The notes under the pieces were generated by a model. It was given only the letters and a program-made list of their open reading frames with translations. It made no database searches and was not told where the DNA came from. Shown piece by piece: positions 25,132 to 32,000 of a stretch of 32,000 bases of DNA. How positions within the stretch are numbered: the first letter of the stretch is position 1; the number at the start of each line of letters is the position of its first letter. The DNA lies in the NCBI RefSeq assembly GCF_000253055.1, contig NC_016070.1, positions 1,740,001 through 1,772,000 on the forward strand, given 5' to 3'. Source of the stretch: Thermoproteus tenax Kra 1. Its GTDB lineage: Archaea; Thermoproteota; Thermoprotei; Thermoproteales; Thermoproteaceae. A program made the translations under genes and the position numbers.

Positions 25132-25763
25132 CGTAGAGAGGCCCTAAATCAGCTATTGCGTCCCTATCTCTTGGCCCTCTCCGGAGGACTCGGGAACCCC
25201 CGGGTACGCCTGAACGAGGGGCGGCCTAGCTGCTCCGGCGCGAGCTTGGGCCTTTCTTGCCCCGCGACCTCCTTTGACGGCCTCTCCGCATACTCCTCTA
25301 CGGCTAGGCGCATCCTTGCCGATGTCTAGGACGCCGAGGCGCTCCTCCACAAGATGCCACGGGATTGTTATCCTCAATGCCCATAGACTTAGCTCATAAG
25401 CATATATAGCGCGGGAAACCGAGAAGGGATGGATTCCGTTGCGCTTGCGAGACCGTCGCACCCTCGATTCCCACATCGTATCTGACTTTCAGCATCGCCT
25501 TATGTCGGATGTAGCAGAAAAGTAGAAAGTAGTTGGCCTTAGAGGTTTCGACTGTAGAACGCGCAGTGCGGCACACAGCGTATGCCACAATGAGCCCCAG
25601 CAGCTGCGCGGGCGCGTTGTACTCCCAAGATATCGCCCTTTGCCCGACGCCGGCCAGTCTAAAACGACGTGCGCGAGCTCTCTAACGGCGCCGGGCGCTA
25701 GTTTAAATCTATCCCGCCTATAAGGGCGAGGCTTTCGTTATTAAGCCCTGCTTTATTTACGCC

Positions 25764-27275
25764 ATGGAGACTATAACGTCGTTGGACATGTACGCCGCGG
25801 ATAGAAACGCCGAATGGTTGGGCGTGCCCCGCCTAGCGCTGATGGAGAACGCAGGGGCCGCCGTGGCTAGGGCCGTCCTCTCCGAATATCCGCAAGCCCT
25901 CAAGGTGCTAGTCGTGGCAGGCACCGGCGACAATGGAGGCGATGGGATGGTTGCGGCCAGACACCTCCATGCGGGAGGCAAGGCCGTCAGAGTGATAGTC
26001 CTCGGCGAGCCCAAAGAGGAGCTGGCCAGAGCGAACTTCGAGGCCCTCAAGAGGACGATGGTTCAGATGGCTGTGACGGGGACGCCAGAGGAATTGTTGG
26101 CAGTACAAGGCTGGTTCATGTGGGCCGACGTAATAATAGACGCAGTGTTGGGGACAGGTATCAGGGGCAAGCTTAGAGAGCCCCACTCCACGGCCATAGA
26201 CTTAATGAATATAGCCACAGCGCCTAAAATCGCCGTCGACGTGCCCTCAGGCCTCGACCCCGACACAGGCGAGGTTAGGGATAAGGCTGTCAGAGCCGCT
26301 GTGACGGTGACTTTCCACAAAGCGAAGCCTGGCCTTCTCAAGCCCGAATCTGTCAAGTATGTGGGGAAGCTCATAGTGGAGAACATAGGCATACCGCCCG
26401 AGGCCGAGCTCTACGTGGGGCCCGGCGATTTCAGAAGGCTCAATTTTGCGAGGCGCGCTGAGTCCAAGAAGGGCGATCACGGCAGAGTGCTCGTGGTGGG
26501 GGGATCCGCCGAATATTCGGGAGCGCCCATCTATGTGGCGCTCGCCGCGCTCAGAAGCGGCGTGGACTTAGTCATTATGGCCGAGCCGGAGCCCGCCGCC
26601 GTAGCCGCCAAATCTTACTCGCCCGACTTAATATCGGTGCCGCTCTCCGGCGACAGGCTTAAGCCGGCCCACGTGGAGAAGATCTTAGAACTGGCTCAGA
26701 GGGCCGACGTAGTGGCGATAGGGCCGGGGCTTGGCCTCGAGCTCGACACCCAAGAGGCGGTCAAATCGCTTTTCTCAAAGCTCTCGGGCAAAAAGCCATT
26801 AGTAATAGACGCGGACGCCATAAAAGCCCTCGCGGGGCTCGGCTCAGTTGAGGGCAACGTCGTCTTCACGCCACATGCAGGCGAGTTCAGAGCGCTCACA
26901 GGCGTCGAGCCACCGGCCAAACTTGAGGAGAGGATCGAGGCCGTCAAGAGGGAGGCAGCCAGATTAAACGCAGTGATACTCCTCAAGGGCAGATACGATG
27001 TAATAAGCGATGGGAAGAGGGTAAAGGTGAATATAACTGGGACTCCGGCTATGACCGTAGGAGGCACTGGCGATGTGTTGACCGGCCTAGTGGCGGGGCT
27101 CGCCACCAAGGGCAAGGATCTGCTCCACGCCGCCGCTCTGGCTGCGTTCATCAACGGAGAGGCCGGGGAGCAAGCGGCGCGGGAGCTCGGCTTTCATATA
27201 ACTGCATCGGACCTCATAAGGTTTATCCCCTCCGTCATTAAGAAGTATGCAGACGAGAGGATCACTGGCAGTTGA
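25764..27275 (+). CDS. nnr: bifunctional NAD(P)H-hydrate repair enzyme (YjeF_N epimerase plus ADP-dependent dehydratase)
   Basis: The N-terminal VVAGTGDNGGDG is followed by the C-terminal kinase-fold motifs VVGGSAEYSGAP, IGPGLG and GGTGDVLTG. Confidence 0.9.
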   Translation: METITSLDMYAADRNAEWLGVPRLALMENAGAAVARAVLSEYPQALKVLVVAGTGDNGGDGMVAARHLHAGGKAVRVIVLGEPKEELARANFEALKRTMVQMAVTGTPEELLAVQGWFMWADVIIDAVLGTGIRGKLREPHSTAIDLMNIATAPKIAVDVPSGLDPDTGEVRDKAVRAAVTVTFHKAKPGLLKPESVKYVGKLIVENIGIPPEAELYVGPGDFRRLNFARRAESKKGDHGRVLVVGGSAEYSGAPIYVALAALRSGVDLVIMAEPEPAAVAAKSYSPDLISVPLSGDRLKPAHVEKILELAQRADVVAIGPGLGLELDTQEAVKSLFSKLSGKKPLVIDADAIKALAGLGSVEGNVVFTPHAGEFRALTGVEPPAKLEERIEAVKREAARLNAVILLKGRYDVISDGKRVKVNITGTPAMTVGGTGDVLTGLVAGLATKGKDLLHAAALAAFINGEAGEQAARELGFHITASDLIRFIPSVIKKYADERITGS

Positions 27276-28422
27276 GCGGCTAGATAACGGCGTCTTGGTC
27301 GTGATTGATCGCTACGCGTCATCGCTCGCATCGCTCGTTGTGGGGATCGGCGTAGGCCCGCTCTTCGAGGAGAGCGACGAGAAGGGATACTCGCACTTAA
27401 TGGAGCACATGTTGTTTAACGTCTCAGGCTTTGATGTAGACAGGGCCGTGGAGTCCCTCGGAGCCGAGACCAACGCATATACCCACAGACTCCAAGTGGT
27501 TCTTACATTTCAATCGTTAGCTGAAAGCGCAGGTGGATTGGCCGAAATAGCGGCCCGGATGTTGACGAACAGGAGATATGACGAAGATCGCTTCGAGAAA
27601 GAGAAGAGGGTAGTATTGTCCGAGATAAGGATGAGCAAGGAGGATCCAAGCGAGAGAATCGGCGATCTCGGCCTTCTTTCGCTTTTCGGCGAGACCGACT
27701 GGGGCCTCCCTATAGACGGCGATCCGCACGTGATCTCGACGGCAGAGCTGAGAGACTTGGAGGAGTTCATGGAGAAGTGGATAGCGCCAAACAATATAAT
27801 AGTAGCGGCCGCCGGAGGATTCAGTCTTGAGGAAGTCGAGAGAGTTAAGGCAGAGTTCTCGAAACTCTCAAGCCCCTCGCAACACAAAACAGTGCCGCCT
27901 ATGGGGAGAGGCAAGCTCTTCGCCGAAGAGGTACGCGACGACATAGACGGAGTCTACTACAGCTATGCGGCCAAGCTGACGTTGGACAACGCCTACATTA
28001 GGCTCAGCGCCGCGGCGTTTCACTTGGCCTCGGGGACTAAGTCTATACTATTCGACGAGCTAAGGAACAGAGGACTGGCCTACTCCTATTATGTCGACTT
28101 CGATGCCGTCGGGGGAGATGGATTTATTCAAATAGTCGTGGAGTCAGCCCACGAGTTGGAGGCGGTTAGAGAGGTAGTGAGGAGGATCCTCCGCACCAAG
28201 TGGGTCCCCCCTCAGCACCGCCTCAAGTACTTCGAGTATGAGTGGAGGAAGACCATGGAAATACCGCTGAACAGAGCCTACGCCTACGTGGAGGCGATAG
28301 CGAGAGGCATTGAGCCGGAGAGTCTCGGACAAGTTATGTCTAAGGCCGTGCAGGAGGGGTTGGCGAGGATACCCGACGCCGTTGAGTATGAGGCAGAGGC
28401 CGTCCTGAGGAAGCCCGATTAA
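27247..28422 (+). CDS. M16-family (pitrilysin/insulinase-like) zinc peptidase
   Basis: The inverted zinc motif HxxEH is HLMEH within GYSHLMEHMLF, with a downstream E in ETNAYT. The gene overlaps the nnr end by 29 nt. Confidence 0.8.
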   Translation: MQTRGSLAVERLDNGVLVVIDRYASSLASLVVGIGVGPLFEESDEKGYSHLMEHMLFNVSGFDVDRAVESLGAETNAYTHRLQVVLTFQSLAESAGGLAEIAARMLTNRRYDEDRFEKEKRVVLSEIRMSKEDPSERIGDLGLLSLFGETDWGLPIDGDPHVISTAELRDLEEFMEKWIAPNNIIVAAAGGFSLEEVERVKAEFSKLSSPSQHKTVPPMGRGKLFAEEVRDDIDGVYYSYAAKLTLDNAYIRLSAAAFHLASGTKSILFDELRNRGLAYSYYVDFDAVGGDGFIQIVVESAHELEAVREVVRRILRTKWVPPQHRLKYFEYEWRKTMEIPLNRAYAYVEAIARGIEPESLGQVMSKAVQEGLARIPDAVEYEAEAVLRKPD

Positions 28423-28451
28423 ATTTTAATTAATATAGATCGCGGTATGTC

Positions 28452-29516
28452 GTGTCTTGCGAGGAGGAGCCGATAGGCCGCCACCACGTCTTGGAGGGCC
28501 CGAAGCTGAGGATAAAGGCGCCCACCGTGAGGCGCCTCATCGAGGCCCATTACGGAGTCTATGGACATGCCACCGTTGAGCTTTGCAAGTGGACTAAGGA
28601 CGCGTTGGACGGCAGAGGCTCTTGCTATAAAGTTAAGTTCTATAACGCCCCCGCAGGCGGCTCGCATCGTTGCGTTGAGATGAGCCCCGTGGGCATGCTC
28701 TGCGATAACAGATGCATCTACTGTTGGCGCCCTACCCAAGAGTTTGACTCGTTTGTGCCCGAGGAGCTTTGGGTGATGGAGCCCGAGGAGGTAATTAGAG
28801 GAGTTCTGAAGGAGCGGGAGAGGCTCTTGTCGGGCTATTGGGCGCACGACCCAGAGAGGGTCAAGGAGGCTCTCGCCCCAACACATTGGGCCATATCATT
28901 GTCGGGGGAGCCGACCCTTTATCCCAAGTTGCCGGAGTTGGTCAAGCTCATAAAGTCGCTTCCCCACACAAAGTCCGTCTTCATAGTCACCAACGGGCAA
29001 CATCCCGAGATGTTGGAGCGCCTCATTAAGGAGGACGCGTTGCCCACCCAACTTTATCTCTCGATGAACGCCCCTAACAAGGAGCTGTTCTACGAAATCA
29101 ATGTGCCAATTTTAAACAAGGAGGACGCGTGGGAGCGTTGGCTGAAGAGCCTAGAGCTGTTGGCCGCCATGCCCACAAGGACTGTGGTGAGGATAACTCT
29201 AATAAGGAGTATGAACTACGATGAAAGGCTAATACCGCAGTTCGCCGAGCTGTTGAAGCGGGGGAACCCGCACTTCATTGAAGTAAAGAGCTATATGCAT
29301 CTGGGATACTCGACGAGGAGGCTGAGCCGTAACGACATGTTGACGCACCAAGAGGTAGTCGAGTGGGCCAAGAGGCTCAGAGACGAGCTGGAGCGCGCGG
29401 GGGCTAGATATGCCTATATGGACGACGATGAGAGGAGCAGAATAGCAGTCTTGCAGAACATGGACAGGTATATAGACCGTTGGATAGTCCCCCCTGGGTT
29501 CAACGGCTCGAGTTAG
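28452..29516 (+). CDS. taw1: tRNA 4-demethylwyosine synthase (radical SAM, Taw1/TYW1)
   Basis: The radical SAM CxxxCxxC motif is CDNRCIYCW. Also present are AISLSGEPTLYP and an N-terminal HYGVYGHATVELCKW. The exact start is uncertain: the GTG at 28452 or a downstream TTG or GTG. Confidence 0.85.
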   Translation: MSCEEEPIGRHHVLEGPKLRIKAPTVRRLIEAHYGVYGHATVELCKWTKDALDGRGSCYKVKFYNAPAGGSHRCVEMSPVGMLCDNRCIYCWRPTQEFDSFVPEELWVMEPEEVIRGVLKERERLLSGYWAHDPERVKEALAPTHWAISLSGEPTLYPKLPELVKLIKSLPHTKSVFIVTNGQHPEMLERLIKEDALPTQLYLSMNAPNKELFYEINVPILNKEDAWERWLKSLELLAAMPTRTVVRITLIRSMNYDERLIPQFAELLKRGNPHFIEVKSYMHLGYSTRRLSRNDMLTHQEVVEWAKRLRDELERAGARYAYMDDDERSRIAVLQNMDRYIDRWIVPPGFNGSS

Positions 29517-29618
29517 GCAGACCGACCTAGGTTGGGCGTTTTCCGTAATTTCTTGTCGCGTCCCTCCCCTTCTCGAAAAATAAGCATTGAGGATTTTTAC
29601 CTCTGGTATTAGAGCTAC

Positions 29619-29825
29619 ATGCGGGGTCTCCTCTTTGTGGGCAGAGAGTCTAGGCTGAGGGCTCAAGCGCACCTCTTCGCGCAGATGGGGATTAAAGTTG
29701 TCGAGATGCCCGGCGATGAGGCGGTCTTGTATACGTATGACGAGAGGCGCGGCGGATCCATAATGTTGGAAGGCGACGAGATCTTGGAGTATGTTACTTT
29801 ATTTCGCCGTGGAGAGAAAAGCTAG
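29619..29825 (+). CDS. hypothetical small protein, 68 aa
   Basis: The ORF has a protein-like acidic C-terminal half (KVVEMPGDEAVLYTYDERRGGSIMLEGDEILEYV). An AT box, ATTTTTAC, lies about 22 nt upstream. I recognise no motif. Confidence 0.35.
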   Translation: MRGLLFVGRESRLRAQAHLFAQMGIKVVEMPGDEAVLYTYDERRGGSIMLEGDEILEYVTLFRRGEKS

Positions 29826-29966
29826 GCCCGCTCTGGCCCCTCAACCGGAGTTGAAACGTTCACTTGCCTGACGGCGCCGTTAAGCAGGTGAAGCGGCTGT
29901 ATCGTCAGAATACCTCGACCGTGAACGCCCTATCCAGCCACTTGAGCACTGTGCACTGCTCCGTCA

Positions 29967-30245
29967 TCAACCTTTGAGCTTATTTATAGTTTCGTCGAGG
30001 GCTTTGACCGTCTTCATGATCAGCTCGAAGTTGTGTTTGCCCAGGACGCGCTCCAGAGTTTTGAAGAACAACGCGCTGTCGCCCATTATCTTCTCCGGCC
30101 TCACTCCGGCGGCCCTCAGCTTCGCCCTAATGAGCGTCTTCATGTGCTCGTCCAAGTAGGAGAAGAGGAGCGCCGGCGGAGGGAGCGCGCCTCTGTCCAT
30201 ACGGAGGAGAGGGACGCCTCGTCCCCCTCTGTGAGGAGGCTCCAC
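29967..30245 (-). CDS. hypothetical small protein, 92 aa
   Basis: The ORF has a helical, charged C-terminal two-thirds (YLDEHMKTLIRAKLRAAGVRPEKIMGDSALFFKTLERVLGKHNFELIMKTVKALDETINKLKG). The GTG start lies about 20 nt from the palindromic CCTTTAAAGG box at 30261-30270. Confidence 0.45.
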   Translation of the reverse strand: MEPPHRGGRGVPLLRMDRGALPPPALLFSYLDEHMKTLIRAKLRAAGVRPEKIMGDSALFFKTLERVLGKHNFELIMKTVKALDETINKLKG

Positions 30246-30302
30246 GAGAGGATAAGCGACCTTTAAAGGCGGGCCGCCAAAGAGGCGGACCCCGCCAGAA
30301 GG

Positions 30303-30476
30303 ATGCTACTGGAGGAGAGAGCCCGTCGCCTTAGGCGGTTTAGGAGGATCCGCGACGTCGTGGCGCGGGTCGCAGGGGAGATAATTGAGCCCGCCGGACA
30401 GAACAACGCCGCCATTGTAGTAGATGTGATGGATGGCAAGACGTATACTGCGAGGAAGCAGAGCGGCGGTATGTAG
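30303..30476 (+). CDS. hypothetical small protein, 57 aa (absent from the ORF track because it is under 60 aa)
   Basis: My hand translation reads MLLEERARRLRRFRRIRDVVARVAGEIIEPAGQNNAAIVVDVMDGKTYTARKQSGGM. It looks far more protein-like than the 91-aa antisense track ORF at 30263-30538. It is divergent from the 92-aa gene across the same AT box. Confidence 0.4.
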   Translation: MLLEERARRLRRFRRIRDVVARVAGEIIEPAGQNNAAIVVDVMDGKTYTARKQSGGM

Positions 30477-30494
30477 AATTTGACGAGCCCCTCT

Positions 30495-30602
30495 CCGCGT
30501 GGGCGCGGCCGTACTCCCCTCGCCCTGGGGCTGCCCAACGCGGCTCCGGGGCGGGCCCGGAGCCCCCGGAGGGGGCCGGGCGCCGCTAAGGGGGCGCTGA
30601 GG
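30495..30602 (+). repeat. GC-rich dispersed intergenic repeat, full-length reference copy C
   Basis: See copies A and D. The element spans from just after the stop of the 57-aa ORF into the last codons and stop of the convergent 392-aa gene. Confidence 0.6.
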
Positions 30603-31764
30603 TCTTAAGCTCCTCCTCGTAGGCCTTGAGGTCTTCGATGAGTTTGTTCAAATCTCTTTCCACAACGCCCATAGTTGGATCGAAGGGCGACTCAACTCCA
30701 GAGTCCTCCTCAGGCCAATAGATAAACACCCTTTTATGCGCGGTGTTCAAGGCGTAGTTAATCTCGGCGAACATGCCCCGGCTCAGGCGCCCCCCTCTGA
30801 ACGGCCTATACGCTGCAACGGCGTCTGCCTGTTGGATATACCGGTAGTCCTTATAGCGAATGATATTGTCTAGGTCTCTTAAGACCTCCTCCACCTGCTC
30901 CCTTGGTATTCGCACCGGATAGAGGCCCTCCTCGTCCTTACAGGCCGGCTCGATCCCCCTTGGCACATTCCAGACGTCCTCGGTCCTCACCTCCACTGTC
31001 GATCCCTGCCCCTTCTCCAACGCGACCCTCAACGCCCTCTCGTCGACAGTCAAGGGGTCGAACGCTGTGAAGAGTTGGTGCATGGCTCTGCGATATTCGT
31101 CTATTTCTTCTCTGGCCTTGGGGTCCTCGCGGACCCCCGTTATGGGGAACGAGAGGTAGACCCTCAACGACCTCTCAAAGATGAGCTTATGGAACGTTGA
31201 GGCGGGGTGTTTAACGGCGACGACGAAGTTGTCCACGCCGAGTTCCCTCGAGATTATGTCGGCTAGGAGTATAGTCGTGTTCCTCCAAGCTACGATGTCC
31301 TTCAGCCGGAAGTCTGCGCCGGTCCTTCTGCCCCTCTCCTCTCTCATCTGTACTCTCCGCCACATGACGTGTTCTTCCTCTATCAACGTGACTATCACGT
31401 CAGGCCTCAGCTCTCTGAAGGGGGCTAGGTCGAAGGCCGGGAAGAATCTGCTTTTGTTGAAGAAGGGTAGGTTCATCCCCACGATAATGTTCGCGGCCCC
31501 CTCGTCGGCAAGGCGCCGTAACATACGAGTGAAGGCCGAGCGCCATTCTTCCTCTTGCCATCTGTAGTCATCGCTCGTTAGAAAGGCGACCCAGTCTACT
31601 TTGGCTCTGAGAAAGTCCTCGAGGAAATAGACCGCCAAGCTCCTCCTCGATTCTTTGTCCTCAAGATCCTCAGGCAGGCCTCTGGCTCTATAGAAGTATC
31701 TCGCAATAGATCCGACAGTCTCCCTCAAGTTTACTCCAGTGGGGCCGAGGAAAAGCGCCCTCAC
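30586..31764 (-). CDS. two-domain hypothetical protein: degenerate P-loop/kinase-like N-terminal half plus nucleoside 2-deoxyribosyltransferase-like (NDT/Rcl-type) C-terminal half
   Basis: The C-terminal half has RVYLSFPITG ... ADAVAAYRPFRGGRLSRGMFAEINYALNTAHKRVFIYW, which follows the NDT pattern (YxAGP ... D-x-G-T-x-x-E-x-G-x-A ... KP-V). The N-terminus LFLGPTGVN resembles a Walker A loop but lacks GK[ST]. The start is set at the GTG at 31764, 23 nt downstream of ATTTTAATA. The track ORF start at 31836 would overlap the tRNA. Confidence 0.6.
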   Translation of the reverse strand: MRALFLGPTGVNLRETVGSIARYFYRARGLPEDLEDKESRRSLAVYFLEDFLRAKVDWVAFLTSDDYRWQEEEWRSAFTRMLRRLADEGAANIIVGMNLPFFNKSRFFPAFDLAPFRELRPDVIVTLIEEEHVMWRRVQMREERGRRTGADFRLKDIVAWRNTTILLADIISRELGVDNFVVAVKHPASTFHKLIFERSLRVYLSFPITGVREDPKAREEIDEYRRAMHQLFTAFDPLTVDERALRVALEKGQGSTVEVRTEDVWNVPRGIEPACKDEEGLYPVRIPREQVEEVLRDLDNIIRYKDYRYIQQADAVAAYRPFRGGRLSRGMFAEINYALNTAHKRVFIYWPEEDSGVESPFDPTMGVVERDLNKLIEDLKAYEEELKTSAPP

Positions 31765-31797
31765 AGATCGTACTAGGACGTGTATTAAAATAGCACA

Positions 31798-31869
31798 GGC
31801 CGCCGCCGGGATTTGAACCCGGGTCAAAGGGGCCACAGCCCTCCATCCTGACCGCTAGACTACGGCGGC
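31798..31869 (-). tRNA. tRNA-His (anticodon GTG)
   Basis: My hand-folded cloverleaf has these parts:
- acceptor stem GCCGCCG/CGGCGGC
- D arm GTCT-AGCGGTCA-GGAT
- anticodon stem GAGGG/CCCTT with loop CTGTGGC
- 4-nt variable loop
- T arm CCGGG-TTCAAAT-CCCGG
- discriminator C

No CCA is encoded and there is no intron. An AT box lies about 25 nt upstream. Confidence 0.92.
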
Positions 31870-31971
31870 ATCAATCCCCTTTCTGTTGATTTTAAAATTT
31901 ATGCCCCTATAGCTGACACAAGGGGGCCCTAATAGAAGGAGAAAAACGGGCTTTGAAGGATTTGGAAAAGC

Positions 31972-32000
31972 CTAGATTTCCTCGACCTCTGCTACGGCCT
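31972..32000 (-). CDS. C-terminal end of an unidentified gene running off the window
   Basis: The minus strand reads ...AVAEVEEI followed by a stop at 31972-31974. The fragment is too short to identify. Confidence 0.25.

Noticed and set aside
25394-25588. 64-aa minus-strand ORF with IRHKAML...RYI, considered as the C-terminal remnant of a tyrosine integrase
   Set aside because: The resemblance rests on a few residues. There is no adjacent tRNA or att-like repeat and no N-terminal part. It is kept only as part of the non-coding gap finding.
25757-27154. Minus-strand track ORFs opposite nnr (97, 92, 109, 77 and 152 aa)
   Set aside because: They are shadow ORFs; nnr carries clear YjeF_N and kinase-fold motifs on the plus strand.
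28419-29672. Minus-strand track ORFs 28419-28886 (155 aa) and 29229-29672 (147 aa)
   Set aside because: Both are antisense shadows of taw1, which has strong radical-SAM motifs. Long antisense ORFs are expected at this GC content.
29850-29875. GGAGTTGAAACG-containing stretch, checked as a possible CRISPR repeat
   Set aside because: It is a single occurrence with no repeat-spacer periodicity. No CRISPR array exists anywhere in the window.
30263-30538. 91-aa minus-strand track ORF
   Set aside because: It is antisense to a much more protein-like 57-aa plus-strand ORF. Its N-terminus is a translation of GC-rich repeat copy C, and its composition looks like a shadow ORF.
2339-30602. Copies D and C are direct repeats 28 kb apart, which raised the idea that they are attL/attR of an integrated element
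   Set aside because: The interval is full of core genes (argS, ribosomal proteins, thrC-ask-asd, acdAB, nnr, taw1) and has no integrase. A third copy lies inside the interval in inverted orientation. A dispersed repeat is the simpler reading.
31765-31836. N-terminal extension of the track ORF 30586-31836 (MAPLTRVQIPAAACAILIHV...)
   Set aside because: These codons are the reverse-strand reading of the tRNA-His T arm and acceptor stem. The GTG at 31764, with its own TATA box, is the credible start.

Overview
This window looks like core chromosome of a hyperthermophilic crenarchaeon of the Thermoproteales type (Pyrobaculum/Thermoproteus-like). That placement is an inference from four things: archaeal-only genes (L7Ae, L24e, S28e, L40e, aSUI1, NurA, Taw1, ADP-forming acetyl-CoA synthetase), mid-to-high GC, very tight packing with many 1-4 nt start/stop overlaps, and AT-rich TATA-like boxes about 20-27 nt upstream of start codons, which suggests leaderless mRNAs. 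I can support about 45 protein genes and one tRNA (His-GTG). The main gene groups are:
- an Fe/cobalamin-type ABC importer
- mtnP followed directly by nurA
- argS and a translation cluster
- a threonine operon (thrC-ask-asd) facing hom
- acdAB
- nnr, an M16 peptidase and taw1

I see no rRNA, CRISPR array, transposase, intact integrase or recognisable defence island, so I cannot point to an obvious novel multi-gene system. Several things are not explained by ordinary annotation:
1. A very GC-rich non-coding repeat family has three clear copies (2339-2399, 17250-17385, 30495-30602) sitting against gene ends.
2. The thrC N-terminal zinc-ribbon half lies upstream of any canonical in-frame start. 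The promoter-proximal ATG instead opens a 14-codon out-of-frame ORF.
3. A candidate C/D box sRNA starts at the predicted transcription start of a bidirectional TATA box.
4. A 392-aa two-domain protein (degenerate P-loop-like N-terminal half, nucleoside 2-deoxyribosyltransferase-like C-terminal half) sits directly next to tRNA-His, beside a small-ORF patch.
5. About 630 bp (25132-25763) has no clean ORF.

All functional calls come from reading motifs by eye; no searches were run.
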